A DNA stretch of 33,079 nt, taken from positions 1 to 33,079 of the forward strand of contig REDG01000059.1 in NCBI GenBank assembly GCA_007693605.1, given 5' to 3'. Shown in pieces: positions 1 through 9,298 of this stretch. The notes beneath the pieces are model-generated. The model was given only the letters and a program-made list of their open reading frames with translations, was not told the DNA's origin and did not search any database. Within the stretch, counting starts at the first letter, position 1; every line of letters begins with the position of its first letter. The position numbers were made by a program, and so were the translations under genes. This stretch comes from Bradymonadales bacterium (GTDB lineage: Bacteria; Bdellovibrionota; UBA2394).

Positions 1-17
1 AGCGAGCATCGCAGTGT

Positions 18-156
18 GGTTTAGATGCCACTCGAGAAGCGCAGCGACGCAGCCGCCACTGCAACGCGGGAAAGGAGCGTTGCAGCCATCCTCAAATCAT
101 GTCGACCGAAGGTCGACCTGAATGAGGGGGCAGATGGGCCTTTAGCGCCACTCCCG
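18..156 (-). repeat. Structured intergenic element (REP-like or ncRNA) with stacked hairpins downstream of ftsK
   Basis: Perfect stem CTGCAACGC(59-67)/GCGTTGCAG(77-85). Stem GTCGACC(101-107)/GGTCGAC(111-117), which reads as a C(UUCG)G tetraloop hairpin on the minus strand and is extended by CCTCA(90-94)/TGAGG(123-127). May continue past the window edge. Confidence 0.55.
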
Positions 157-2595
157 TTAAGGATCGATGGAGCTTTGAATCAGAAGCTCTCTGCCCTTAC
201 CGCCGTTTTGCGGAGCAGACACAATGCCTTCGGCTTCCATCCGTTCGATGAGCCGTGCGGCGCGGTTGTAACCCACCCGAAGCCGTCTTTGCAGCATGCT
301 GGCAGAAGGGCTTTGTGTTTCAAACACCACCTGGAGGGCCCGATCATAGAGATCATCATCTAGCTCATCATAGGTGACGCCCGTCTCATCTTCTTCAGAA
401 TGCGTGTCGAGATCGATCGATGTCGAATAGTCTGCCGCCCCTTGAGACTTCAAGTGTTGAACAATTCGAGAAATCTCGTCGTCTGAGATAAAGGGGCCGT
501 GCAATCTTTCAAGTCGACTGGTGCCTGGTGGAAGAAAGAGCATATCGCCGTCTCCGATCAGGTTTTCCGCGCCTGAACCGTCAATGATGGTTCGACTGTC
601 CACTTTTGAAGCGACTTGATAGGCCACACGGGTCGGAAAGTTGGCTTTGATCACGCCGGTGAGAACATCGACCGAAGGTCTTTGGGTGGCAACGATCAGA
701 TGAATTCCTGCGGCTCGGGCCATTTGAGCGAGTCGAGCAATCGACTCCTCAACATCTCGCGAGGCTACCATAATCAAATCCGCTAGCTCGTCGATGACGA
801 TACAGATCTGGGGCAGTTTCACATACTCTTGAGAGGGGTCTTCAGAGAGGGGGAGGGAGCTTTGACCCTCAGTCTCTTCTTCAATCAAGGCTGAAGTGGA
901 CGCCTCTGCCCGAGCGGCTTCTTCGATCTCTTTTTCAAGTTCTTCTTGGCTAAGTCGTTCGACCTTCTCGTTGTAAGACTTCAGATTTCTGGCGCCCAAA
1001 GACGAGATCAACTTGTAACGCCTCTCCATTTCTCGAACGGCCCATTGGAGGGCGCGGGCCGCTCGCTTTGGATCGGTCACGACGGGCAACATGAGGTGGG
1101 GGACGCCTTCGTAGAGCGAAAGCTCAAGCATTTTTGGATCAATCATGATCATCTTCAACTCATCCGGCGAGGCTTTGTAGAGCATGCTCACAATCATGCA
1201 ATTGAGCCCCACGGACTTACCAGAGCCGGTCGCTCCGGCGATCAACAAATGGGGCATTTTTGAAAGATCCGCCACAAAGGCCTCTCCGCTGGTTGTCTTT
1301 CCGAGAGCGATGGTCAGAGGAGATCGAGAGTTCTGAAACAAGGTGGATCTCAAGATGTCTTTCAAAGCCACAGTTTGTCGTCGATGATTGGGAATCTCAA
1401 TGCCCACCGCCGCCTTTCCTGGAATGGGCGCCAAGATTCGAATGCTCATCGACTTCATGGCCATTTTTAGATCGTCGGTTAGATTCAAAATGTTTTTAAC
1501 CTTCACGCCGGCAGCGGGTTCAAACTCATAAAGAGTAATGATCGGGCCGGGCCGAATGTCCGTGACCTGTCCTTGAATTCCAAAATCTGAAAGCTTTTGT
1601 TCGAGCGCCTTAGAGTTTTCAACGAGTTCGTTGCGAGAGACCTCATAAGAGTCGCCGTCTCCATCTTCCAGAAGCGCCAAAGACGGAGCCTCGAAAGCCG
1701 AATCCTCTGTGGAGGCTTTCTTTTTTCTCTTGGGAATTTCTTTCAAGAGGATTTCGCGAGAGGAATCTTTGGTCTGAAAAAGCGGAAGATTGAAGCTGAA
1801 ACGAGCCGTCTCTTTTTCTGAGTCTTTGGGAGTGTCTCTAAGCTTTCGGGCTTTTGTCTCTAGGGGCGATAGGGCGTCTAAGGCTTCTTGGGGTGGGTTC
1901 TTTCGTTGAAACAAATCATCTAATTTTTTTCCGAGGGGGATCTCTTCTATGGGCTTTCGCTTTGGCAGAAATGATCTGAGGCTCATCAGATTTTCTCTAA
2001 AGAAGGCTTTCAGCCTGGTAAAATCGGGGCCTTTCCAGTGGAAGTTCTCCGGGAGTTGTCCCAGTCGTTCAGAAAACAAAACCCCCGCAAACCAGAGTCC
2101 GCCCAGAAACAAAACGGCAGAGCCGAAGGGGCTAAAGGCATAACTCCCAGCTTGGGAGACGACGAAACCCAAAATTCCGCCGGCGGGTACTTCTTGGTAA
2201 AGAGACCAGCCCGTCAGACCCAGGAGCCCAGAAAGACAAACAAGACCGAGAGCGAGCCCGAGCGCCATTCGCTTGGGCCCCCGCTTGGTTTTGGCTTTGG
2301 CCAGTCGAATGTCGTAATCTTGGGGACGCATACACAAAAGACCAAAGCCGAGGCCTCCAAGTCCCAGTAGGTAGGCGATCAAGCCTAGAGATTGAAGCAT
2401 CAAGTCAGAACTCCAGCTCCCAACGAGGCCCCCCCAGTTGCGGATAGTCTCCGTCTCAGTGCTTCGGAAGCTCCAAGAGGGGTCGCTTGCGGAGTAGCTG
2501 AATAGGCTGATCAAAATGAAGCTAGAAATGACAAGGCTGCCGACCCCAAGCAATGGCTTTGCGGGCTCTTGTTTTTTTAATGGCGATTGAACCAA
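157..2595 (-). CDS. ftsK: DNA translocase FtsK/SpoIIIE (N-terminal TM domain, motor, gamma domain)
   Basis: N-terminal hydrophobic helices; PHLLIAGATGSGKS Walker A; IVIDELADL Walker B; RAAGIHLIVATQRPSVDV; C-terminal gamma motif SASMLQRRLRVGYNRAARLIE. TTG start preceded by GGGGGAG. Confidence 0.97.
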   Translation of the reverse strand: MVQSPLKKQEPAKPLLGVGSLVISSFILISLFSYSASDPSWSFRSTETETIRNWGGLVGSWSSDLMLQSLGLIAYLLGLGGLGFGLLCMRPQDYDIRLAKAKTKRGPKRMALGLALGLVCLSGLLGLTGWSLYQEVPAGGILGFVVSQAGSYAFSPFGSAVLFLGGLWFAGVLFSERLGQLPENFHWKGPDFTRLKAFFRENLMSLRSFLPKRKPIEEIPLGKKLDDLFQRKNPPQEALDALSPLETKARKLRDTPKDSEKETARFSFNLPLFQTKDSSREILLKEIPKRKKKASTEDSAFEAPSLALLEDGDGDSYEVSRNELVENSKALEQKLSDFGIQGQVTDIRPGPIITLYEFEPAAGVKVKNILNLTDDLKMAMKSMSIRILAPIPGKAAVGIEIPNHRRQTVALKDILRSTLFQNSRSPLTIALGKTTSGEAFVADLSKMPHLLIAGATGSGKSVGLNCMIVSMLYKASPDELKMIMIDPKMLELSLYEGVPHLMLPVVTDPKRAARALQWAVREMERRYKLISSLGARNLKSYNEKVERLSQEELEKEIEEAARAEASTSALIEEETEGQSSLPLSEDPSQEYVKLPQICIVIDELADLIMVASRDVEESIARLAQMARAAGIHLIVATQRPSVDVLTGVIKANFPTRVAYQVASKVDSRTIIDGSGAENLIGDGDMLFLPPGTSRLERLHGPFISDDEISRIVQHLKSQGAADYSTSIDLDTHSEEDETGVTYDELDDDLYDRALQVVFETQSPSASMLQRRLRVGYNRAARLIERMEAEGIVSAPQNGGKGRELLIQSSIDP

Positions 2596-2718
2596 GATCT
2601 CTCCCCCAGCTCTAGTTTATCGAAGCCGGCTGAAAAGTCTGAGTAAAATTCACAGATTGTCTGCGCTGCGGCGCAGCGTAAGAAATGAGGGCGAAGGGGC
2701 TTGGACATCGAGAAAGCC

Positions 2719-2747
2719 TCTGCTTTCCTTTGAAGCTCGGATATAAT
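2719..2747 (+). promoter_or_regulatory. Putative sigma70 promoter for tatA
   Basis: Perfect TATAAT at 2742-2747, 11 nt before the ATG. The -35 is weak (CTGCTT-like) and overlaps the palindrome GAAAGC-ctct-GCTTTC (2712-2727). Confidence 0.45.
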
Positions 2748-2758
2748 AGAGCTGGTTT

Positions 2759-2974
2759 ATGTTCGGTTTAGGAACCACAGAGTTATTGATCTTGGCCGCA
2801 GTGGTCGTGCTTTTGTTTGGGGCCTCCAAATTGCCTCAGCTGGGCGCCGGGCTTGGCCAGGGAATTCGAAATTTCAAGAAATCTCTCAAGGACAAAGACG
2901 CGATCGATATCACCCCGGAAGACGAGAAGAAGAACGAGAAGAACGGGCAGTCAAATGATAAGAACTCAGACTGA
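2759..2974 (+). CDS. tatA: Twin-arginine translocase TatA/TatE subunit
   Basis: MFGLGTTELLILAAVVVLLFGASKLPQLGAGLGQGIRNFKK: TM helix, FG hinge, amphipathic helix and charged tail. Confidence 0.96.
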   Translation: MFGLGTTELLILAAVVVLLFGASKLPQLGAGLGQGIRNFKKSLKDKDAIDITPEDEKKNEKNGQSNDKNSD

Positions 2975-3282
2975 AGGGGCGGCCACCGCCACCCCAGAAG
3001 CCTCTTTTATCTACTGAGCCTCGTTAAAACCAAAGGCCTCGACAAAGGCCTCATAGTTTTCCCTCAAGTGAAGTGATTTTTTTGATAAACGAGATCTTGC
3101 TGCCTATTTGTTCTTCAAAAAAGTGAAAGTTTAGACTTCCATCGACAACGATGGGAGAGACCAATCTGAGAAGCCTGGATGAGACTGTTGCCAGACTCCC
3201 AGAATCAGTTTGCTGTCTGTCGGGCGATGCCGGACGACTCCGCTCTACTCTTCCGTCCAGTCAGAGAAAGTTCACTCGCAAA

Positions 3283-4032
3283 TCAATCGGGCGTGCTGAA
3301 GGCTGGCCAATCCTCTGGAGCAGATGCAAGAAAGCAGAGATCTTGAGGGCTTCCTAAGAGTGTGGCAGGGAGATCGAGTCGAGAGGCATGAAGACCAAAG
3401 AACTCGAGCTTCTCGTCCTGCTGGTTTAAAGCTTCCCTTTTCGACTGAAGAGGAAGGCCATAGAGAGGGTCGCCAATAATCGGGGCGTCAAAGAAGGCGA
3501 AGCCCGCTCGAATCTGATGTCGACGGCCCGGGCCAATCAATTCTACTTCCAAGAGCCGAGCATTTTTGGGTCCGACTTTTAAGAGCCCCCCAATCTGGCG
3601 CCATGAACATTGCCCCCGTTGTTCGTTCGGGCCGAATCGCGACACGCTGATCTTTTTCGATCGTTTGTAGCGGCTCTGAAAACAGAGATCAAAATGACCG
3701 CGGCTTGGAAGTTCCGCCTGAGCCTCCACCAATGCCCAATAGCGCTTGCGAACTTGAACTCCAGAGAAGGCATCTCGGAGCAGATGGTAGGTGTCGAGAC
3801 TTCTCGCTATCATCAAGCAGCCTGAGGTTAAAAAATCGAGTCGATGCACAATTCCAGACTCGGGCAGATTCTCGGCAACTTCGGGATCGGCGGTTTTCAG
3901 CCAATCTTCAACGCTGGGCTCGTTCGTGCGACCAGACCCCACCGAGTGCCAGCCACGAGATTTGTTCAAGACCTTAAACTCATGTGATGAATAAATGACA
4001 TCTGGCTCTTTGTTCATGCGCCCGAGATTCAA
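3283..4032 (-). CDS. RluA-family RNA pseudouridine synthase (no S4 domain)
   Basis: VLNKSRG, GIVHRLDFLTSG (catalytic Asp), GRRHQIR, PIIGDPLYG and LHA motifs. Start is either TTG at 4032 (4-nt overlap with the upstream stop) or ATG at 4017. Confidence 0.92.
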   Translation of the reverse strand: MNLGRMNKEPDVIYSSHEFKVLNKSRGWHSVGSGRTNEPSVEDWLKTADPEVAENLPESGIVHRLDFLTSGCLMIARSLDTYHLLRDAFSGVQVRKRYWALVEAQAELPSRGHFDLCFQSRYKRSKKISVSRFGPNEQRGQCSWRQIGGLLKVGPKNARLLEVELIGPGRRHQIRAGFAFFDAPIIGDPLYGLPLQSKREALNQQDEKLEFFGLHASRLDLPATLLGSPQDLCFLASAPEDWPAFSTPD

Positions 4033-5612
4033 AGACTCTCAGTTTTTTCTTCAAGGACTTCTTTGATTTCTTGATTGGCAAGGCCCGGTCTTTCGGCTTC
4101 TTGTAAATACGAAGCCGCCGTGACCACAATGCTTTGCTCTCGCTTTGTCACCATGTCTCGTGCAGAAACTTCTAAGATACCGTTAGAGTCGATTGAAAAG
4201 TTGACTTCAATTTGGGGCTCTCCTGCCGGAGCCCTCGGCAAATCGGTGAGCGTAAACTCGCCTAAGAGCTGATTGTCGTTTGCCAACCGGCTTTCGCCCT
4301 GAAGCACCTGAATCTTCACAGACTCCTGATTCTCAGTCACCGTCGTAAAAATATGACTGGCCTGAGCGGGGATGGTCTGGTTTTTGGCAATGAGGATCTT
4401 CATATACCCCCCAGCCGTGCGCACTCCCAAACTCATGGGAGTTACATCCAACAGTAGAATCGGGGCTTCTTCTTCAAGCAAAGTCTCTCCTAAGATTGCG
4501 GCCCCCAAGGCGACCGCTTCGTCAGGATGAATGTTCTTAGAGGGCGGCTTCTGAAAAAAATCATGAACCTTCTGTTGAATCAATGGCATTCGAGTCATGC
4601 CGCCCACCAAAAGAACCTCGTCAATGTCTTTGGCCTTGAGCGCGGCCATCTCTAAAGCCGAGGCGGTGATCTCAATGGTTTGATCGACCACCTCTTCTGT
4701 TAAGCGCTCCAGCTCCGAGCGATGAAGTGAGGCTTTCAAATGCTTCGACTCTTCATTGATGGTCGTAATGAAGGGAAGATTGATTTCCGTTTCGAGTTGA
4801 GACGAGAGCTGACACTTGGCGGTCTCTGCCGCGTCTTTTAATCTCTGCAAAGCCATGGGGTCGCTCTTTAGGTTAATGCCAGTCTCAGACTCAAAGTTGG
4901 AGTTGATATAGTCTAAGATACGAAGATCAAAGTCTTCACCACCCAAGAAGGTGTTGCCCGCTGTCGATAGAACTTCGAAAGTGTCTGAGCTGATATCCAA
5001 AATAGAGATGTCGAAGGTGCCGCCCCCAAGATCATAAACGGCTAGCTTTTTACTCATTCTTTTCTTAAAGCCAAAAGCCAATGCCGCCGCTGTCGGCTCA
5101 TTCACAATGCGAAGTACATCTAAACCCGCCACCTCACCCGCGTCTTTAGTGGCCTGTCTCTGTCCGTCTGAAAAATAAGCAGGCACCGTGATGACCGCCT
5201 TCTCAAGGCGCTCTCCCACGGCTTCTTCAGCGATGGCCTTAATCTGTTTCAGAATAAGTGCCGAGACTTCTTGAATGGGATGCGACTTTCCGAAACATTT
5301 CACGCGAGGGTCGCGATTGGGGCCTTGAGTGATTTCGTAAGGCACAAGCTCTCGGGCTTTCTGAACTTCGGGAGACTCAAAATTTCTTCCGATCAGTCGC
5401 TTTGCGGCGTAGATGGTGTTTTGAGGGTTGGTGATCGCCTGCCGTTTGGCGATATGTCCCAACATTACGCTTCCGTCAGGATTGAAGGCGACGATCGAAG
5501 GCAGAGTGCGGTGTCCACCCTTTTGCTCCAAGACTCGGGCTTCTCCGTTCTGACAAATGGCCACGCAGGAGTAGGTGGTGCCCAAATCGATACCCAAGAC
5601 GATCTCACTCAT
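4029..5612 (-). CDS. Hsp70/DnaK-family chaperone paralog lacking most of the alpha-helical lid
   Basis: [52 protein letters not shown], linker [11 protein letters not shown] and a complete SBD-beta. Ends at 527 aa shortly after SBD-beta. Confidence 0.95.
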   Translation of the reverse strand: MSEIVLGIDLGTTYSCVAICQNGEARVLEQKGGHRTLPSIVAFNPDGSVMLGHIAKRQAITNPQNTIYAAKRLIGRNFESPEVQKARELVPYEITQGPNRDPRVKCFGKSHPIQEVSALILKQIKAIAEEAVGERLEKAVITVPAYFSDGQRQATKDAGEVAGLDVLRIVNEPTAAALAFGFKKRMSKKLAVYDLGGGTFDISILDISSDTFEVLSTAGNTFLGGEDFDLRILDYINSNFESETGINLKSDPMALQRLKDAAETAKCQLSSQLETEINLPFITTINEESKHLKASLHRSELERLTEEVVDQTIEITASALEMAALKAKDIDEVLLVGGMTRMPLIQQKVHDFFQKPPSKNIHPDEAVALGAAILGETLLEEEAPILLLDVTPMSLGVRTAGGYMKILIAKNQTIPAQASHIFTTVTENQESVKIQVLQGESRLANDNQLLGEFTLTDLPRAPAGEPQIEVNFSIDSNGILEVSARDMVTKREQSIVVTAASYLQEAERPGLANQEIKEVLEEKTESL

Positions 5613-5617
5613 GGGGA

Positions 5618-6886
5618 CTATCTTAACTTTTCTTTCCAGCGAGTGGCGAGAGCATTTTCAGGATCTCTTCGAAGAATCTCCTGACACTCGAGTGAGGCCT
5701 TTTTCGACTCCCCCAGCTGATGATAAATCTTCATGAGCTCGATGCCGGGTCGAACATCTTTCGACAGACCCGCTTTCGCTCGTTTCAGCAATTCAATCGC
5801 ATCTTTCGATTGTTCGGGGTCCGCGAGAAAGAGTGTCTTTCCGGCCAAGAAGGCTGCCTCCATATTTTTTGGGTCGAGTCGAAAAGCGGTCGAGGCCTCG
5901 CGGTAGGCCTTCAGGGTCTTTTCTGAAGCGAAATCCTCTTCGGCCTGTTTCAGATGAGAAACAGCATTCTCTCGGTCGACGAAAGCCTGAATTCTCTCCA
6001 GCGAAGTTTGAATCTCTTTGTTCTTCGGATCTAGTCTGAGAGCGGCCTGGTAGACCTCATAAGCCTTCCCATACTGATGACTCTGAGAAAACTCCTCTGC
6101 CTCCTTTAGCAGATGACGAACTTTTCCCATCATGGCGAGTTTTGGGTCGAGCTTGCTGAGATCGCGCTTTGAAGTAGAGTTCTTTTTTGCGGCAGCGCTT
6201 GAGGAGTGTTTCGCTTTCAACTGTCTCACCAGGGCTTCTCGATCGTGAGGGTTCTTGATCGAGCCATAAGCCCTTTGAATATGATTGAACAAGAGGTCGA
6301 GCCTTCGTTTGTAGGGGCCCAAATCCTTTCGAAAATAGCGATCGGGGTGAAAGCTTCTCGAAAGTTTCAAGTATCGTTGTTTGATTTCAGATTCGCTCGC
6401 CAAAGGATGCAGACCCAAAACTTCAAAGGCATTCTTTTTTTCAATTTCGTGCAAGTGGGTCAAAACCTCAATTCGAAAATTTTCGGGCAGATCCAACAAG
6501 TCAAAGTCGAGGCGATCCATCTGAAGTTGCTCTTGAATCTCTTTGGGCAAATCTTCAATCTTCAGAGGCTTAAGCGTCGTTGGCTGCTTCTGCGCGCTCT
6601 TGTTTGGCGGCACTTTTCGTTCTGGGCTTGGCGGCTTCTTCACCGAAGGCGGAGTCTTCGGGGGGCTGGCCTCTGGCTTGCGTGCTGCGGGGGGGTCTAG
6701 ATTTTCAAGAGCGGCCTTTTTCAAAAGGGCTTCCACAATCTGATTCACGGCTTGAGGCTCCCATGGCGCCAGAGAGTAAAGGTCTTTTAGAGTGCAGGTC
6801 TCGAGAGTTCTCGACCACAGGTAGGCTTCTTCAGAGTTCAACTGAAAGTCGCCTTGTTTTGCTCGAAGTCTGGTTTCTGGTTTCAT
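5618..6886 (-). CDS. J-domain (DnaJ-like) protein with N-terminal helical domain, Pro-rich linker and C-terminal TPRs
   Basis: AFEVLGL...EIKQRYLKLSRSFHPD (HPD motif); TPR-type segments (YGKAYEVYQAALRLDPKN, AFRLDPKN, ILRRDPEN). Lies directly upstream of the Hsp70. Confidence 0.9.
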   Translation of the reverse strand: MKPETRLRAKQGDFQLNSEEAYLWSRTLETCTLKDLYSLAPWEPQAVNQIVEALLKKAALENLDPPAARKPEASPPKTPPSVKKPPSPERKVPPNKSAQKQPTTLKPLKIEDLPKEIQEQLQMDRLDFDLLDLPENFRIEVLTHLHEIEKKNAFEVLGLHPLASESEIKQRYLKLSRSFHPDRYFRKDLGPYKRRLDLLFNHIQRAYGSIKNPHDREALVRQLKAKHSSSAAAKKNSTSKRDLSKLDPKLAMMGKVRHLLKEAEEFSQSHQYGKAYEVYQAALRLDPKNKEIQTSLERIQAFVDRENAVSHLKQAEEDFASEKTLKAYREASTAFRLDPKNMEAAFLAGKTLFLADPEQSKDAIELLKRAKAGLSKDVRPGIELMKIYHQLGESKKASLECQEILRRDPENALATRWKEKLR

Positions 6887-6901
6887 GCCCGTGCTCTCAG
6901 T

Positions 6902-7738
6902 CTAGGATCTAGGGTGGGTCCGGTCAAACACTTCAAAAAGTCGCTGTTTTGAAACCTTCAAGTAGTTTTGTGTGGTCGAAAGAGAGCGATGCCCCAAGAG
7001 TTCTTGAATGATGCGAAGATCGGCGCCTTCATCTAACAGGTGTGTCGCGATACTATGCCGAATCAAGTGAGGGTAGACCTTCTGACAAAACTCTTGAGAT
7101 CGACTAGCACGGTAAATCCAACGCCTGGCCTGTCTTGAACTTAGGGGCCGCTCAGGATCTTGGGGAGAGGCAAAGACAAACTCGGATTTTCTTGGCATCA
7201 GGCGCAGCCTTTCTTTCAGAGCCTTTGAGAAGGGGATTCGTCTCATCTTGCGACCCTTCCCAAAAATCTGAAGGCTCTCGTTGGCTTCGTCGATATCTTG
7301 CCATCGAATTTGACAGGCTTCCGAAATTCGAGCCCCTGTCGCATATAAAAACTCGAGCAGTAGGCCCACGAGGCCCTCATTTTCTAGAAGTCTTGAAACA
7401 TCGTCATAATTTAAGACTTTCGGAAGCCGCTGATTTTTTCGGATTTTCGGAAACTCCAGATGCGCAAAAGAGAGGCCACTCTTCTTCTCGATGAAGCGAA
7501 AGAGTTGTCGAAAGCTGGAATACATTCTTCTGAGGCTCGAGGGGCGATAGCGTTTTGAAAGCTGGGCGGCAAACTTCTCCCAATCTCTCTCGTGAAGGCT
7601 TAGAGATGCGTCTTTAAAATAAGCTTCAAGTATTTTTAGGTCGGAGTTTCTCGCTCGAAATGTTTCTGGCGAATAGCCTTTCACCAAGTGTTCACTTCGC
7701 CGATATTCTTCGAGCCAGTACGAAAGAGAGCGCTTCAT
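6902..7738 (-). CDS. xerC: Tyrosine recombinase, XerC/XerD family (XerC by synteny with trmFO)
   Basis: LYATGARISE, GKGRKMR, PHLIRHSIATHLLDEGADLRIIQELLGHRSLSTTQNY carry the catalytic R-K-H-R-H-Y set. Typical trmFO-xerC arrangement. Confidence 0.85.
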   Translation of the reverse strand: MKRSLSYWLEEYRRSEHLVKGYSPETFRARNSDLKILEAYFKDASLSLHERDWEKFAAQLSKRYRPSSLRRMYSSFRQLFRFIEKKSGLSFAHLEFPKIRKNQRLPKVLNYDDVSRLLENEGLVGLLLEFLYATGARISEACQIRWQDIDEANESLQIFGKGRKMRRIPFSKALKERLRLMPRKSEFVFASPQDPERPLSSRQARRWIYRASRSQEFCQKVYPHLIRHSIATHLLDEGADLRIIQELLGHRSLSTTQNYLKVSKQRLFEVFDRTHPRS

Positions 7739-7795
7739 CTCTCTTTATATTTTACCCCTCTTGCGAAAAAAGTTTCGGGGCAAGGCCCCAACGAG

Positions 7796-9151
7796 TCAGA
7801 CGCCCAAAACCACCCGAGATTCTGTCATTTCAGAATCGATCCAGCTTTGAAGCCGTCCTAGACTGTAGTCTGAAAGCATCTTCGAGCGCTCTCGCTTAGA
7901 CCTTCTTCGCAAAGCCTTCATCCATTCCGAATCAGTTTGACGCAACAATGAACTCAGCAAGCCAAAGTTGAAATTCATGGGCTGAAAGTATCGAGCATCG
8001 GAGTGAACGAGATAGTGAACAAGACTCCCAATGGCGGTCTCTTTAGGAAATGAGAGTTTTTGAAGCATCTGAAGTGCAGCAAAATGGCCCGTTGCCAGAG
8101 CCTCGGTGTAGCCTTCTGAACCGGTGATCTGGCCCGCAAAGAAGAGCTGGGGAAAGCTCTTCGACTGCAGCCGATTGTTCAAGTGTTGAGGGCTGTTGAT
8201 AAATTGGTTTCGATGCATCGCCCCCATTCGAGCAAAGTCTGCGTTTGCCATGCCCGGAAGTTTTCGAAGCACGCGCGCTTGCTCAGGCCACTTCATTCGA
8301 GTCTGAAAGCCGACCATGCTCAGAAGATCGCCGGCGGCTTTCTCTCGGCGAAATTGAATGAGAGCATAAGGTCGAGAGGCATCTTCTAGAGTAAAGCCCG
8401 TCGGCTTCATACAACTATATCGAAGAACCTCTTCGCCCCGTTCGGCCAAGACTTCAATCGGCAGGCAGCCTTCGAAAAACTGAAGTTTCTCGTCTACGCC
8501 TTGCGCGGGAACTTTCTCTGCCCCCAAGATGTCATGTCGAAACTCGAGGTATTGCTCTTTGTCTAAGGGGAGGTTGAGGTAGTCTGTACTGTCCTCAGTA
8601 TACCGAGAACCCCAAAAGAAATGGGCAAGATCAAGCGACTCCAGTTCAACGACTGGCGCGGTGGCGTCGTAAAAGTAGAGACTTTCACTGCCTAGGGCGG
8701 TTTCGAGAGACTTCATCAGCGACTCTGAGCCCAAGGGGCCTGTTGCAATCAGGGTCGGCACGTCATCTTGGGGCAGTTCAGAAGCTTCTTCACGAATCCA
8801 TTCGATATTGGCTTGTGCCTCTAGGGCTTCTGAAACTTTTTGACTGAAAGCCTCTCGGTCGACGCTCAAAGCTTTGCCGCCAGGCACTCGCGACAGTTTT
8901 GCAAGCTGAAGAAGAGGGGAGCCTAGAAGTCGAAGCTCGGCCTTCATTAAGCCGTGGGCGTTTTCCACTTCTTCCGATTTAAAGCTGTTACTGCAAACGA
9001 GTTCAGCGGCTCCCGCCAATTGGTGAGCGGCAGAAAACTTTTTGGGCTTTTGTTCCCAAAGTTGAACTCTTGCTCCCTCGCGAGACAAAACCAGGGCAGC
9101 CTCACTGCCTGCCAAACCTGCGCCCACCACTCGAAAATCAAAGTTTTTCAT
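7796..9151 (-). CDS. trmFO: Folate/FAD-dependent tRNA m5U54 methyltransferase TrmFO (Gid)
   Basis: VVGAGLAGSEAA FAD-binding motif, AELVCSNSF, FFEGCLPIE, VGFQTRMKW, FFAGQITGSEGY, FQPMNFNFGL. ATG at 9151 preferred over the track start at 9193. Confidence 0.96.
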   Translation of the reverse strand: MKNFDFRVVGAGLAGSEAALVLSREGARVQLWEQKPKKFSAAHQLAGAAELVCSNSFKSEEVENAHGLMKAELRLLGSPLLQLAKLSRVPGGKALSVDREAFSQKVSEALEAQANIEWIREEASELPQDDVPTLIATGPLGSESLMKSLETALGSESLYFYDATAPVVELESLDLAHFFWGSRYTEDSTDYLNLPLDKEQYLEFRHDILGAEKVPAQGVDEKLQFFEGCLPIEVLAERGEEVLRYSCMKPTGFTLEDASRPYALIQFRREKAAGDLLSMVGFQTRMKWPEQARVLRKLPGMANADFARMGAMHRNQFINSPQHLNNRLQSKSFPQLFFAGQITGSEGYTEALATGHFAALQMLQKLSFPKETAIGSLVHYLVHSDARYFQPMNFNFGLLSSLLRQTDSEWMKALRRRSKRERSKMLSDYSLGRLQSWIDSEMTESRVVLGV

Positions 9152-9298
9152 AAAAGCCCTCGCTTCTTTCTTTTCTTTTCCGTCAAAATGCAAACATGAA
9201 GACGAAACAGAGAAACTTCGAGTTTCCTAGTCAATGCTGTTTTGATTGGAAAGACTTTTCTCTTGCGCTCTTCAAAGAAAACCGAGACAGAGAGAAGA

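Noticed and set aside
2975..3282. Short AAAGGCCTC repeats, a weak AT-rich hairpin (3078-3122) and the 68-aa ORF at 3151
   Set aside because: The repeats are short and the hairpin imperfect; the ORF has no motif and overlaps the RluA gene. Not enough support for a feature.
6902..7738. Tyrosine recombinase as the integrase of the 15-kb accessory block
   Set aside because: Size, motifs and trmFO linkage fit housekeeping XerC/D; no att repeats, tRNA or phage genes were seen around the block.
157..7738. dif site near ftsK and xerC
   Set aside because: No convincing 28-bp dif-like sequence was found by eye in the intergenic regions.
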